Source of the DNA: Candidatus Micrarchaeota archaeon
GTDB lineage: Archaea > Micrarchaeota > Micrarchaeia > Anstonellales > Bilamarchaeaceae
Assembly (NCBI GenBank): GCA_043821365.1
Contig: JBDRCX010000006.1
Coordinates: forward strand, 734,151 to 798,150
DNA length: 64,000 nt
Reading direction: 5' to 3'
Position numbers and translations under genes: made by a program. The notes under the pieces are model-generated. The model saw only the letters and a program-made list of their open reading frames with translations, did no database searches and was not told the origin of the DNA. Below, one piece after another: positions 27,045 through 35,595 of this stretch (positions are counted from its first letter, which is position 1; every line of letters starts with the position of its first letter).

Positions 27045-28848
27045 TATGGATTTATTTTCAAAAAACACCGAAGCATTTGTATATAATCTCAAATCAAATC
27101 CAATTCAAAGGATGCTTGATTTTGACTTTATATGTAAAAGGGAAAAGCCAAGCGTAGCTGGAATTATACAACCAGGAAATGATGGTTATCATAAGGCATT
27201 TTTCGGAACAAAAGAGATTCTCATTCCTATTTATTCAAACATATCAAAAGCCACTGCAGCACATCCAAATACAGATGTCATGGTTAATTTTGCGTCTTTT
27301 CGATCGGCCTATTCGTCTTCAAAAGAAGCTCTGGAATCAAAAACAATCAGAACAGTTGCCATAATTGCAGAGGGAATGCCAGAAAGAGAAGTAAGGCAGT
27401 TAATTACACTTGCAAAGAAAAATAATAAATTAATAATTGGGCCAGCAACTGTTGGCGGAATATCCGCAGGTGCATTTAGAATTGGAAATACTGCTGGAAC
27501 AATAGACAATATAATTTCATGCAAACTTTATCGTCCTGGTCATGTTGGTTTTGTCTCAAAAAGTGGTGGATTGACAAACGAAATGTGCAATGTAATCGGA
27601 AGAACAACAGATGGAGTTTACGAGGCAATTGCAATTGGTGGCGACCGCTATCCAGGTTCAACTCTTCTTGAGCATATGTTGAGATTTGAAGGCAATCCGG
27701 AAATTAAAATGATTGTTGGTCTTGGAGAACTTGGTGGAGATGAGGAGTATGCAATAATTGATGCTAAGAAAAAAGGCCTTCTTACAAAACCAATAGTCAT
27801 GTGGGTTGCAGGAACATGTGCAAAAATGTTCCCAGGTGAAGTCCAATTTGGTCATGCGGGTGCAAAAACAGGAAAACAGAGGGAAAGTGCTGATGCAAAA
27901 AATAAAGCATTGAAAGAAGTTGGCATCATAGTTCCAAATTCCTTCGAAGATTTTGACAAAACAATTGCAAACACCTTCAAATCACTTAATCTTCCTCCAA
28001 TAAAAGAACCAGAAGTTCCAAAACTTCCAGTTGATTATTCAGTTGCAATGAAGAATTCAATGATCCGAAGACCGACAAATTTCATTTCATCAATAACTGA
28101 TGATCGGAAAGATGAACCATACTATGCCGGTATTCCAATGAGCAAACTTGTTGAGGATAATTATACAATTGGTGATGTAATTTCATTGCTTTGGTTCAAG
28201 AAAAAACTTCCCAAATATGCAACTAAATTCATTGAAACTTGTATAATCATAGCAGCTGATCATGGTCCAGCAGTTAGTGGTGCGCACAATTCAATAATAG
28301 CTGCACGTGCAGGTAAGGATACTGTTTCTGCACTATGTAGTGGTCTTCTTACTATTGGTCCGAGATTTGGAGGTGCAATTGATGATGCCGCAAGATATTT
28401 CAAGGATGGATGTGATAGTAAGGTTCCTCCAGAAAAATTTGTTGAAAATATGAAGAAAAAAGGAATTCATATACCTGGTATTGGACATAGGATCAAATCC
28501 GCCAAAAATCCAGATAAGAGAGTTGAGCTATTGAAGGAATATGTGAAGAAAAACTTCCCAACCCACAAATATCTGGATTATGCACTTGCAGTTGAACAGG
28601 TAACTTTGAAAAAAGCAGATAATCTTATTTTGAATGTTGATGGCTGTATCGGAGTGTTATTTGTTGACATGTTTGATTCATGTGATGAATTTTCAAAAGA
28701 AGAAGTTAATGAAATTGTGGATATTGGTTATCTCAACGGAGTGTTTGTTCTGGCACGAAGCATAGGCCTTATGGGGCATGTATTTGATCAGAAAAGATTG
28801 AAACAACCACTGTACAGGCATCCATGGGATGATATTCTATTTTTATAA
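27037..28848 (+). CDS. aclA: ATP citrate lyase alpha subunit (CoA-binding, phospho-His and citryl-CoA lyase domains)
   Basis: NFASFRSA, IGPATVGGI, QFGHAGA, ADHGPAVSGAH, PGIGHRIKS, LNVDG, QPLYRHPWDDI. Confidence 0.94.
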   Translation: MVNMDLFSKNTEAFVYNLKSNPIQRMLDFDFICKREKPSVAGIIQPGNDGYHKAFFGTKEILIPIYSNISKATAAHPNTDVMVNFASFRSAYSSSKEALESKTIRTVAIIAEGMPEREVRQLITLAKKNNKLIIGPATVGGISAGAFRIGNTAGTIDNIISCKLYRPGHVGFVSKSGGLTNEMCNVIGRTTDGVYEAIAIGGDRYPGSTLLEHMLRFEGNPEIKMIVGLGELGGDEEYAIIDAKKKGLLTKPIVMWVAGTCAKMFPGEVQFGHAGAKTGKQRESADAKNKALKEVGIIVPNSFEDFDKTIANTFKSLNLPPIKEPEVPKLPVDYSVAMKNSMIRRPTNFISSITDDRKDEPYYAGIPMSKLVEDNYTIGDVISLLWFKKKLPKYATKFIETCIIIAADHGPAVSGAHNSIIAARAGKDTVSALCSGLLTIGPRFGGAIDDAARYFKDGCDSKVPPEKFVENMKKKGIHIPGIGHRIKSAKNPDKRVELLKEYVKKNFPTHKYLDYALAVEQVTLKKADNLILNVDGCIGVLFVDMFDSCDEFSKEEVNEIVDIGYLNGVFVLARSIGLMGHVFDQKRLKQPLYRHPWDDILFL

Positions 28849-28875
28849 TTTTTATCTAATTATAAAAGGAGATTC

Positions 28876-28897
28876 AAAAAGAACCTTGGTTCTTTTT
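28876..28897. terminator. Bidirectional hairpin/U-tract between convergent genes
   Basis: AAAAAGAACC-TT-GGTTCTTTTT between aclA (+) and a minus-strand microprotein. Confidence 0.65.
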
Positions 28898-29036
28898 ATT
28901 TTACTGAATGGAAGTTCCCTTCTTTATCCCTTGTAAATATGTGTTGCTTATTTGCTTTACAGACAAAAACTCCTTTCTTTTCATTCATTGGAGACCAAAG
29001 TCCCTGAAATATATGACAATCCGGACATGCTGGCAT
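28896..29036 (-). CDS. 46-aa C3H zinc-finger microprotein, paralog 1 (not in ORF track)
   Basis: TGAGGTG SD; MPACPDCHIFQGLWSPMNEKKGVFVCKANKQHIFTRDKEGNFHSVK. Confidence 0.8.
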   Translation of the reverse strand: MPACPDCHIFQGLWSPMNEKKGVFVCKANKQHIFTRDKEGNFHSVK

Positions 29037-29061
29037 GGTTTAACACCTCATAAATTATTAA

Positions 29062-29084
29062 GTAAAAATGCACGGCATTTTTAC
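29062..29084. repeat. 10-bp palindrome, stem identical to one in the alba leader
   Basis: GTAAAAATGC-ACG-GCATTTTTAC. Confidence 0.85.
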
Positions 29085-29151
29085 ACTTCAATTACTGGCC
29101 AAGAGTACTATTTCAATTACATTTAAAACATTTTCTAACCTGTTTGTTAGT

Positions 29152-29856
29152 ATGAGAGGCATTTTCGCTATTCTGGTTTTGGTTGTTTTATTCGGATGTT
29201 TAGTTCAGGAACCGTCAGTTCCACCTTCTGTACCTAACTCTACTATTCAACCTCCGGTACAGCAAGTAAATAATTCTCCAGCACAACTAACGTGCGAAGA
29301 ATACTGTTATTCTGCAATTACTCCATCTTGTGATGGCAATTGGTCAATTAGCGGTGTTTATCCTAATTGCAATTGTAATTTCGATTGTGTTGTTATATCA
29401 AATACAACTGAACCAAATATTACTGAACCAATTGAAGTGCCAGAAGCAAATTTTTCAGAACTTCTTGATATTGCTCTAGATAAAATAAGTGATGGATTTT
29501 ATCTAAATCACAGCGGAACTTTTACTGAGAATAAATACACTTGGAGGAGAATGATTACCGATGGCACAATCATTGATACAAGTACTCCCGAAGTTAAATT
29601 TAATGGAGTTTCAATGGATTCACTTCAATCATCAGGTTATTTCATTTTCCATGGTGATGATCTAAAAGAAGTTTATGGGGTTGCAATTTTCAATGATGAA
29701 GATCCATTTGAAGAATATGGTATTAATGATGGATTTGATGTTTATTATGTGCCAAAATTAATACAGAGAACTCTAATTGATTGTACTGTTTATAATAAAG
29801 AAAATCCGACTACTTTAGTAGTCGCATACTACTTCAAATGTGAAAATGAAGATTAA
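29152..29856 (+). CDS. Lipobox-bearing secreted protein with a small Cys-rich module
   Basis: MRGIFAILVLVVLFGC, Pro-rich linker, CEEYC..CDGNWSISGVYPNCNCNFDC. Confidence 0.75.
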   Translation: MRGIFAILVLVVLFGCLVQEPSVPPSVPNSTIQPPVQQVNNSPAQLTCEEYCYSAITPSCDGNWSISGVYPNCNCNFDCVVISNTTEPNITEPIEVPEANFSELLDIALDKISDGFYLNHSGTFTENKYTWRRMITDGTIIDTSTPEVKFNGVSMDSLQSSGYFIFHGDDLKEVYGVAIFNDEDPFEEYGINDGFDVYYVPKLIQRTLIDCTVYNKENPTTLVVAYYFKCENED

Positions 29857-30002
29857 ATTGATTTTAGGAATCCATCATTGCTTAATGTGAATTTGTGTGC
29901 TGGATTCGCACTGCATCTGAATTCATTCTCTGCTTTAGCCAAAGGTGAATTCATACCGAAACTCATACAACATTCCGGGCAACCTTTTACATATTCGCTC
30001 AT
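29853..30002 (-). CDS. 49-aa C3H zinc-finger microprotein, paralog 2 (not in ORF track)
   Basis: GGTGGAG SD; MSEYVKGCPECCMSFGMNSPLAKAENEFRCSANPAHKFTLSNDGFLKSI. Confidence 0.8.
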   Translation of the reverse strand: MSEYVKGCPECCMSFGMNSPLAKAENEFRCSANPAHKFTLSNDGFLKSI

Positions 30003-30111
30003 GGGTATCTACTCCACCGATTGGGTTATCGGCATTCTACTGGTCATATTTTCCAACGAATATAAACTATTTAAATCTATGTAATTTTTTATTAAATGTT
30101 AAGAAGTGTGT

Positions 30112-30816
30112 TTAGTTGCTTTTTCTGATACCATCCTCTAATTTTCTTAAGTTCTCCAAAATTACTCTTTTGGTATCATCTAAAAACCTTAAAACAAAAT
30201 CAGTGTGTTCTGTTCCTTTGAATGCTCTGAAAACAGGACTGAGATGCAGTATCGTTTTGTGTATTAATCTCAATACTCCTAACTCTAAAAATGTGGTTGC
30301 CCCAAACCAAAAATCAGATGCTAAATATGCTGCTAAAGTAGATAATGCTGCACAACAAACAAATGCATATTTTGAAATTTTATCTTCGATTCTTCTGCGT
30401 TTTAATTTTTTATAATCATCATTCGGAATCGCTACAACTTCAAATTCTCCTTTTTCATTTCTTCTTGTCATTGTTGTTACATCTTTTGTTAATTGAACTG
30501 TAAAACCAAGTGAGGTTTCACCACTTGGTCCTTCACAAACAAAAAATTCTCTAGTTAAAGCACCTCTTTGCATACTTTGTTCTATGTCTTTTTCTAACGT
30601 TTTCTTTTTTTGATCAATCTCATCGATGGCCGTTGTTCTAGTTCTTTTTATATCCTCTACTATCCATGTTGGGTAGTTGCGCATCTCACCTAATCTTTTC
30701 CACGTTCTAAGTCGTTGCCTAATGGTATCAAGTTTAACTCCTGTTTCTGGTAGATTTGCAAATCTAGCAACAGTGCTAGCACCTTCCACACGACCGAAAA
30801 AAATTGCTCTAACCAT
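30112..30816 (-). CDS. Orphan protein with a C-terminal hydrophobic hairpin
   Basis: 234-aa ORF filling the gap, upstream TATA-like TTTAAATA, two hydrophobic segments. Confidence 0.65.
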   Translation of the reverse strand: MVRAIFFGRVEGASTVARFANLPETGVKLDTIRQRLRTWKRLGEMRNYPTWIVEDIKRTRTTAIDEIDQKKKTLEKDIEQSMQRGALTREFFVCEGPSGETSLGFTVQLTKDVTTMTRRNEKGEFEVVAIPNDDYKKLKRRRIEDKISKYAFVCCAALSTLAAYLASDFWFGATTFLELGVLRLIHKTILHLSPVFRAFKGTEHTDFVLRFLDDTKRVILENLRKLEDGIRKSN

Positions 30817-30857
30817 TTTAATCTATTTAATATAACTGAGTAGAAGTATTTAAAAAA

Positions 30858-31057
30858 CGCCCCAACCGCGATTTGAACGCGGACTACAACCTTTCCTCCC
30901 CGAACCTTTTACAATCTTGAGGAAAACTATATTAAAAGGTCCGATCCAAAACAAATTATCAAAAACAATCATCGTTTTACGACAATAGGTTCCAGTTCCA
31001 TTCTTCCTAAAAACGGGGTCGCAGGGTCGTGTCATATCCAGGTTAGACTATTGGAGC
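30858..31057 (-). tRNA. tRNA-Arg(GCG) with a 126-nt intron at 37/38 (30893-31018)
   Basis: GCTCCAA/TTGGGGC, D-loop with A20, CGACC-CTGCGAA-GGTTG, CCGCG-TTCAAAT-CGCGG, G73; 74 nt mature. Confidence 0.9.
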
Positions 31058-31155
31058 ACCAACGAACATATTTAAATATATAGCTTTTAAATTATTCCTG
31101 CATTTCATGTAGAGAAATCTATAGTTCTTAGAATGCTATAACCTTAGGTGGTTTG

Positions 31156-31302
31156 TTGAAACGATGTATAACATGTGGTAGAAATACTAAAGACTTTGCT
31201 GAATTTCCGTGTGCAGATTGTGGTGAAAAAGTAATTCGCTGTCATTACTGCAGAGAGAATAAAAACAAATATAGCTGCAAGTGCGGCTTTGCTGGTCCGT
31301 AG
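31156..31302 (+). CDS. Zn-ribbon protein, DUF1610/HVO_2753-like (48 aa, not in ORF track)
   Basis: AGGTGG SD, TTG start; KRCITCG..FPCADCGE..IRCHYCR..YSCKCGFAGP; conserved position before EF-1beta. Confidence 0.88.
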   Translation: MKRCITCGRNTKDFAEFPCADCGEKVIRCHYCRENKNKYSCKCGFAGP

Positions 31303-31310
31303 GTGTATTA

Positions 31311-31577
31311 ATGTCTGACGATGAATATAATGTTGCTGCTCAAGTAAAAATATATGTTGAAAATCCAACGTTACTTGAAACTGTGAAAGTTGATATTGAA
31401 AAAGTAACCAAAGTCCAGAAATTCTGGGAGGAAGATCTTGGTTTTGGTATAAAAGTTTTGAAAGCAAATCTGCTTCTTAAAGACTCCGAGGGTGGAATGG
31501 ATAAGCTTGAACAAAGCATCCGTGAAGTTAAAGGAGTTAGTGAATTGGAAGTTGAGAGTGTTACAAGGTTGGTGTGA
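31311..31577 (+). CDS. ef1b: Elongation factor 1-beta
   Basis: YNVAAQVKIY, EEDLGFGIKVL, GVSELEV. Confidence 0.88.
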   Translation: MSDDEYNVAAQVKIYVENPTLLETVKVDIEKVTKVQKFWEEDLGFGIKVLKANLLLKDSEGGMDKLEQSIREVKGVSELEVESVTRLV

Positions 31578-31579
31578 TC

Positions 31580-32188
31580 ATGGCAAAAAAAACAGAAAAA
31601 AAGCCTATTAAGAAAAAAGAAGAAAGTGATTCTTTTAGAGGTATAGTTCGTATTGCAGGTAAGGATGTTAAAGGTGAAGTAAAACTTCAACGTGCTCTTT
31701 GTAGTGTAAGGGGAATTAGCCATACATTATCTGTTGCAGCAGCTCGTTTAATTGAAAAAGAACTTTCAATAGCCCCAACTCACAGAGTTGGTGACCTAAC
31801 TGAAGAACAAATAGAAAAAATTGATCAACTTCTTTATTCTCTTCAAGATCATAATGTTCCTAAATATTTAATGAACAGAAGAACTGATTTCAATAGCGGT
31901 AATGATAGACATGTTATTATGAATGATCTTATATTCGAAAACACACAAGACATAGAAAGAGAAAAGAAAGCATACAGCTGGACTGGCTATAGACATAACT
32001 ATGGTCAAAAAGTTCGCGGTCAGAAAACCAGAAATACAGGCAGAACAGGTATGGCAGTCGGTGTGTTAAGAAAGGCAATTATAGCAGCTCAAGGTGGTGC
32101 TGCGGCTGCTGCTAAGCCAGCAGAAAAATCAGCAAAACCAGCAGAAAAAGCAAAACCAGCTGCTAAAGCAGCAGCAGATAAGAAGTGA
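31580..32188 (+). CDS. rps13: 30S ribosomal protein S13
   Basis: FRGIVRIAGKD, LMNRRTD, YRHNYGQKVRGQKTRNTGR; Ala/Lys-rich tail. Confidence 0.96.
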   Translation: MAKKTEKKPIKKKEESDSFRGIVRIAGKDVKGEVKLQRALCSVRGISHTLSVAAARLIEKELSIAPTHRVGDLTEEQIEKIDQLLYSLQDHNVPKYLMNRRTDFNSGNDRHVIMNDLIFENTQDIEREKKAYSWTGYRHNYGQKVRGQKTRNTGRTGMAVGVLRKAIIAAQGGAAAAAKPAEKSAKPAEKAKPAAKAAADKK

Positions 32189-32192
32189 TTAA

Positions 32193-32906
32193 ATGGGCGA
32201 TCCTAGAAAACTCCGGAACAAATACGAACGTCCCAAAAAATTGTGGGATGTAGACAGATTAAGACATGATAAAGCGTTGGAATCTGAATATGGACTTAAG
32301 AACATGCGGGAGCTTTGGAGGGCAACTGCAGAACTTAAAAAATACAGACGTGAAGCAAGGCGTCTTCTTTCACTTACTGAAGAAGAAAGAAAAGATGATG
32401 CAAAAAAAATTCTTGTCAAGCTTGCTAAGTTCGGTATTCTTAAAGAAGGATCTGCTATTGATGATGTGCTTTCTTTAGAAGTCAGAGCAGTTTTGGAAAG
32501 AAGACTTCAAACAATGGTTCTTAGAAAAGGACTTGCAGTTTCTTCAGCACAATCAAGACAACTGATTACTCATGGTTTCATTGCAATAAAAGGAAAAATA
32601 GTTACAAGACCAGGTTATCTTGTAAATGTTGCAGAAGAGTTGGTTCTTTCACATGCTAAACCAATTGAGTTACAAGCAAAAATAGTTGAAGAATCAACAG
32701 AAACTGAAAAACCAGAAGAAGCTGAAAAACCAAAAGAAACCAAGCCAAAAGAGATCGAGAAACCAAAAGAAGAAAAACCAAAAGAAAGTGAGAAACCAAA
32801 AGAAACTGAAAAACCAGAAGAAACCAAACCAGCAGAAGCTGAAGAAACTAAGCCGAAAGAAGCTGAAAAACCAGCAGAAGCTGAAAAACCAAAAGGGTCT
32901 TCTTAG
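32193..32906 (+). CDS. rps4: 30S ribosomal protein S4 with a repetitive Glu/Lys/Pro tail
   Basis: MGDPRK, YGLKNMRELW, LERRLQT, RQLITHG. Confidence 0.96.
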   Translation: MGDPRKLRNKYERPKKLWDVDRLRHDKALESEYGLKNMRELWRATAELKKYRREARRLLSLTEEERKDDAKKILVKLAKFGILKEGSAIDDVLSLEVRAVLERRLQTMVLRKGLAVSSAQSRQLITHGFIAIKGKIVTRPGYLVNVAEELVLSHAKPIELQAKIVEESTETEKPEEAEKPKETKPKEIEKPKEEKPKESEKPKETEKPEETKPAEAEETKPKEAEKPAEAEKPKGSS

Positions 32907-32915
32907 GGTGTACTT

Positions 32916-33503
32916 ATGACTGATCACAAAACTGAAACTAAAAAAGAAGAAAAAACCACGAAGGAAGAGACATCAAAAAAAGATGAAACACCTAAGAAAG
33001 TAGAAACTGCAAAAACTACCAAAAAAGAAACTAAAACTGAAGAAACAAAAGAAGAGACTGCAAAGAAAGAAGCGACACCACCTGAAACACCTCCTAAAGA
33101 AGAGGTTAAAAAACAAAGAAAAACTCGTTTAGCTGTTGTTCATGTTTTTTCATCAAAGAATGATACTATAATAACTGCAACTGATGTAAGTGGTGCTGAA
33201 ACTCTTGCATGGGCAAGTGGTGGTATGGTAGTCAAGTCTCATAGAGAAGAAGGGAGACCATATGCTGCAATGCAAGCTGCATTAAGAGTTGTAAATGTTC
33301 TTAAAGATAAAGGGATTACACATGTTCATGTTAAGATTCGTGCACCTGGTGGAGTTGGAACAAAAACTCCTGGTTCTGGTGCACAGGCAGTTGTAAGAAC
33401 AATTGCAAGAACTGGTGTTCGTATTGGAAGAATTGAAGATGTGACTCCGGTTCCAACTGACTCTATGAAGAGAAAAGGTGGAAGAAGAGGAAGAAGAGTA
33501 TGA
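32916..33503 (+). CDS. rps11: 30S ribosomal protein S11 with an N-terminal Glu/Lys/Thr extension
   Basis: [43 protein letters not shown]. Confidence 0.96.
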   Translation: MTDHKTETKKEEKTTKEETSKKDETPKKVETAKTTKKETKTEETKEETAKKEATPPETPPKEEVKKQRKTRLAVVHVFSSKNDTIITATDVSGAETLAWASGGMVVKSHREEGRPYAAMQAALRVVNVLKDKGITHVHVKIRAPGGVGTKTPGSGAQAVVRTIARTGVRIGRIEDVTPVPTDSMKRKGGRRGRRV

Positions 33504-34162
33504 AACTCACTCTTGATAAAAAACATGCAAATAGGATCGTTGTTATTGCAAATGATACATCATCAAGTTTTGCAAATGTAGTCAGGCGTTATGGTATGTC
33601 CAGAGTTCCAGTTATGGCTATAGAGGGTGTAACATTTTATGATAACTCTAGTGCTTTTTGGGATGAATATTTGGCACATAGACTTGGTTTAGTGCCTTTA
33701 CTTACCCCAGAAAATACACAAGCAGATACAGAAGTTACATTTTCACTTGATGCGCAGGGCCCTAAGATAGTTCATTCATCTGACCTTGTTAGTTCTGATA
33801 AGGAAATTGTTGTTGCACAAGGAAAAATACCACTTGTGACTTTAGGTGAAAACCAACATCTGAGATTTGAATGCAAAGCTATTGTGGGTACTGCGGTTAC
33901 TCATGCTAAATTCCAAGCTGGTTTGATAAGTTATGGAATTGAAAATGATTCTGTTAGGTTTTTGTTTGAAAGTTTCTTCCAAATGGAACCAACTGATCTT
34001 GTTTCACGAACCTGCGATCTAATATTGGATGATCTTGAAAATATAGAAGCAGTTCTTGGAAAGAAATCAGCTAAAAAAGCAAAAGCAGAGAAAAAAGAAA
34101 AACCAGTTAAGGTTGCAAAACCTAAAAAAGAAAAAAAACCTAAGAAAGAAAAAGAAGAGTAA
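33500..34162 (+). CDS. rpoD: DNA-directed RNA polymerase subunit D (Rpo3)
   Basis: [38 protein letters not shown]. Confidence 0.93.
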   Translation: MKLTLDKKHANRIVVIANDTSSSFANVVRRYGMSRVPVMAIEGVTFYDNSSAFWDEYLAHRLGLVPLLTPENTQADTEVTFSLDAQGPKIVHSSDLVSSDKEIVVAQGKIPLVTLGENQHLRFECKAIVGTAVTHAKFQAGLISYGIENDSVRFLFESFFQMEPTDLVSRTCDLILDDLENIEAVLGKKSAKKAKAEKKEKPVKVAKPKKEKKPKKEKEE

Positions 34163-34192
34163 CTCTCAAACTCTTTTGGAGGTTAGGTTGTC

Positions 34193-34326
34193 CTTGAAAG
34201 CGGACGCTTTCAAGACAGTAAAAATTATTTTCTAATTTTTACACGCAGGGGTGGCAGAGTTGTTTTGAACAAGTTCAAAGCCTCCGCCACATTCATTCGG
34301 TTATTCGACTGAAATAACTTTCATAA
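34193..34326. repeat. Hairpin cluster containing a 15-nt copy of the tRNA-Leu 5' end
   Basis: CTTGAAAGCG-GA-CGCTTTCAAG (34193-34214), GTAAAAATT..AATTTTTAC (34218-34242), GCAGGGGTGGCAGAG (34245-34259) identical to 34327-34341. Confidence 0.9.
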
Positions 34327-34410
34327 GCAGGGGTGGCAGAGCGGTCAAATGCGCCAGCTTGAGGGGCTGGTGGGTTAGTCCCTTCGAGTGTTCGAATCAC
34401 TTCCCCTGCA
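34327..34410 (+). tRNA. tRNA-Leu(GAG), intronless
   Basis: GCAGGGG/CCCCTGC, CCAGC-TTGAGGG-GCTGG, long variable arm, GAGTG-TTCGAAT-CACTT, A73. Confidence 0.96.
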
Positions 34411-34508
34411 TAGTCATTTTCTCTCAGTGCACTACCGAATCATCACTGAGCTATTCCTAATTATCACTGGATTTTGATTAATTCTGAACTCAGTTATAAC
34501 TTTGGCAA

Positions 34509-34549
34509 GTTATCACCGAAAAGAATATATATCTATTTTCAGTGATAAC
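34509..34549. promoter_or_regulatory. 14-bp inverted repeat flanking the TATA box of the Fic gene
   Basis: GTTATCACCGAAAA-GAATATATATCTA-TTTTCAGTGATAAC (13/14 match). Confidence 0.75.
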
Positions 34550-34553
34550 TACT

Positions 34554-35528
34554 ATGGCAAGAATAGTAAAAAGGATCGTTAAAGGAAAGGTTTACTATTA
34601 CTTGGAAGAATCCATAAAAAAAGGAACTAAATGGATCAAAGAAAGCGTGTATTTGGGTAAAGATTTACCCGATAACATAAAACTGACTAAAATTTACAAA
34701 AAATTCGAGGAAACGCTTAAGCTGAAAGGCATTTCTGGGATTACCCCTCCGTTTACGGAATTCATAACCCGTCATCTCGCCCTAAAAATAGAAAAAGCAG
34801 CTAAGGATAAGTTATTGTTCTTGAATTCACTTTCTTCCAAACAGAGAATTGAATTTATCAGAAGAGAAAGAATAACATTTGTTACGGACTCAAATGCTAT
34901 CGAGGGGTCAACTTTAGACTACTGGCTGACGGAAAGAATTCTCTCGGACCAAAAAAGAATTGAAATGCTGCAGAAACGAGGAGTAATCGTTACGAATATG
35001 GATAAGGAAGAACAAGAGGCACTCAATCTAAACAAGTGCTTAGATATCTATGAAAAACTTCTTAAAAACAAAAGAGAGTTAACTGGTGAAATGATTCTAC
35101 AATTTCATTGTGTGCTCCTTTCGAAAATAGATGGCTATGAACGGTACTGTGGCATTTGGAGACCGGTGAATGTAAGAATCCGCGGTTCGGATTATGTTTT
35201 CCCACATCACCAAGAAGTCCCAAAGCTTATGAATGAACTGTTTGGCTGGTATTCCAAAAATAAAGATTTGATCCACCCGGTAGAACTTGCTGCAAAGTTC
35301 CACACTAAATTCACTACAATTCATCCATTCGCTGATGGAAATGGGAGGATGGCAAGACTGCTTATGAATTATATACTTCAAGTAAATAAAATCCCATTCA
35401 CAAATATTCCTCTTAGCAAACGAAGCAAATATATGCGAACTCAGGAGGCTGGCAATCGCGGCAACCAAAAACTGTTTGTTCTTTTCTTAGCCCAAGAGAT
35501 AATCAAACAGAACCAAAAATTGAACTGA
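34554..35528 (+). CDS. Fic domain protein with an N-terminal basic beta-rich module
   Basis: Intact HPFADGNGRMAR motif; SNAIEGST; N-terminus KGKVYYYLEES..YLG. Confidence 0.95.
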   Translation: MARIVKRIVKGKVYYYLEESIKKGTKWIKESVYLGKDLPDNIKLTKIYKKFEETLKLKGISGITPPFTEFITRHLALKIEKAAKDKLLFLNSLSSKQRIEFIRRERITFVTDSNAIEGSTLDYWLTERILSDQKRIEMLQKRGVIVTNMDKEEQEALNLNKCLDIYEKLLKNKRELTGEMILQFHCVLLSKIDGYERYCGIWRPVNVRIRGSDYVFPHHQEVPKLMNELFGWYSKNKDLIHPVELAAKFHTKFTTIHPFADGNGRMARLLMNYILQVNKIPFTNIPLSKRSKYMRTQEAGNRGNQKLFVLFLAQEIIKQNQKLN

Positions 35529-35595
35529 CGTTAGTTAATCCCCTAACTCCGTTTCGGCCAGCCTTTATATAGAACAGCTGCTAGACCAACCTCCA

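Noticed and set aside
22613-28848. Claim of autotrophic reverse TCA cycle
   Set aside because: No 2-oxoglutarate synthase, fumarate reductase or pyruvate synthase in the window; ACL alone is insufficient.
30893-31018. Box C/D guide RNA or tandem introns in the tRNA-Arg intron
   Set aside because: Only a partial GATGAT and no CTGA D box; no second TGCAG-compatible central helix for a tandem parse.
34245-34341. Reading 34260-34341 as a spliceable intron, or the upstream piece as a split-tRNA half
   Set aside because: The would-be central helix strands are identical (GCAG/GCAG) and cannot pair; no complementary leader to another half was found.
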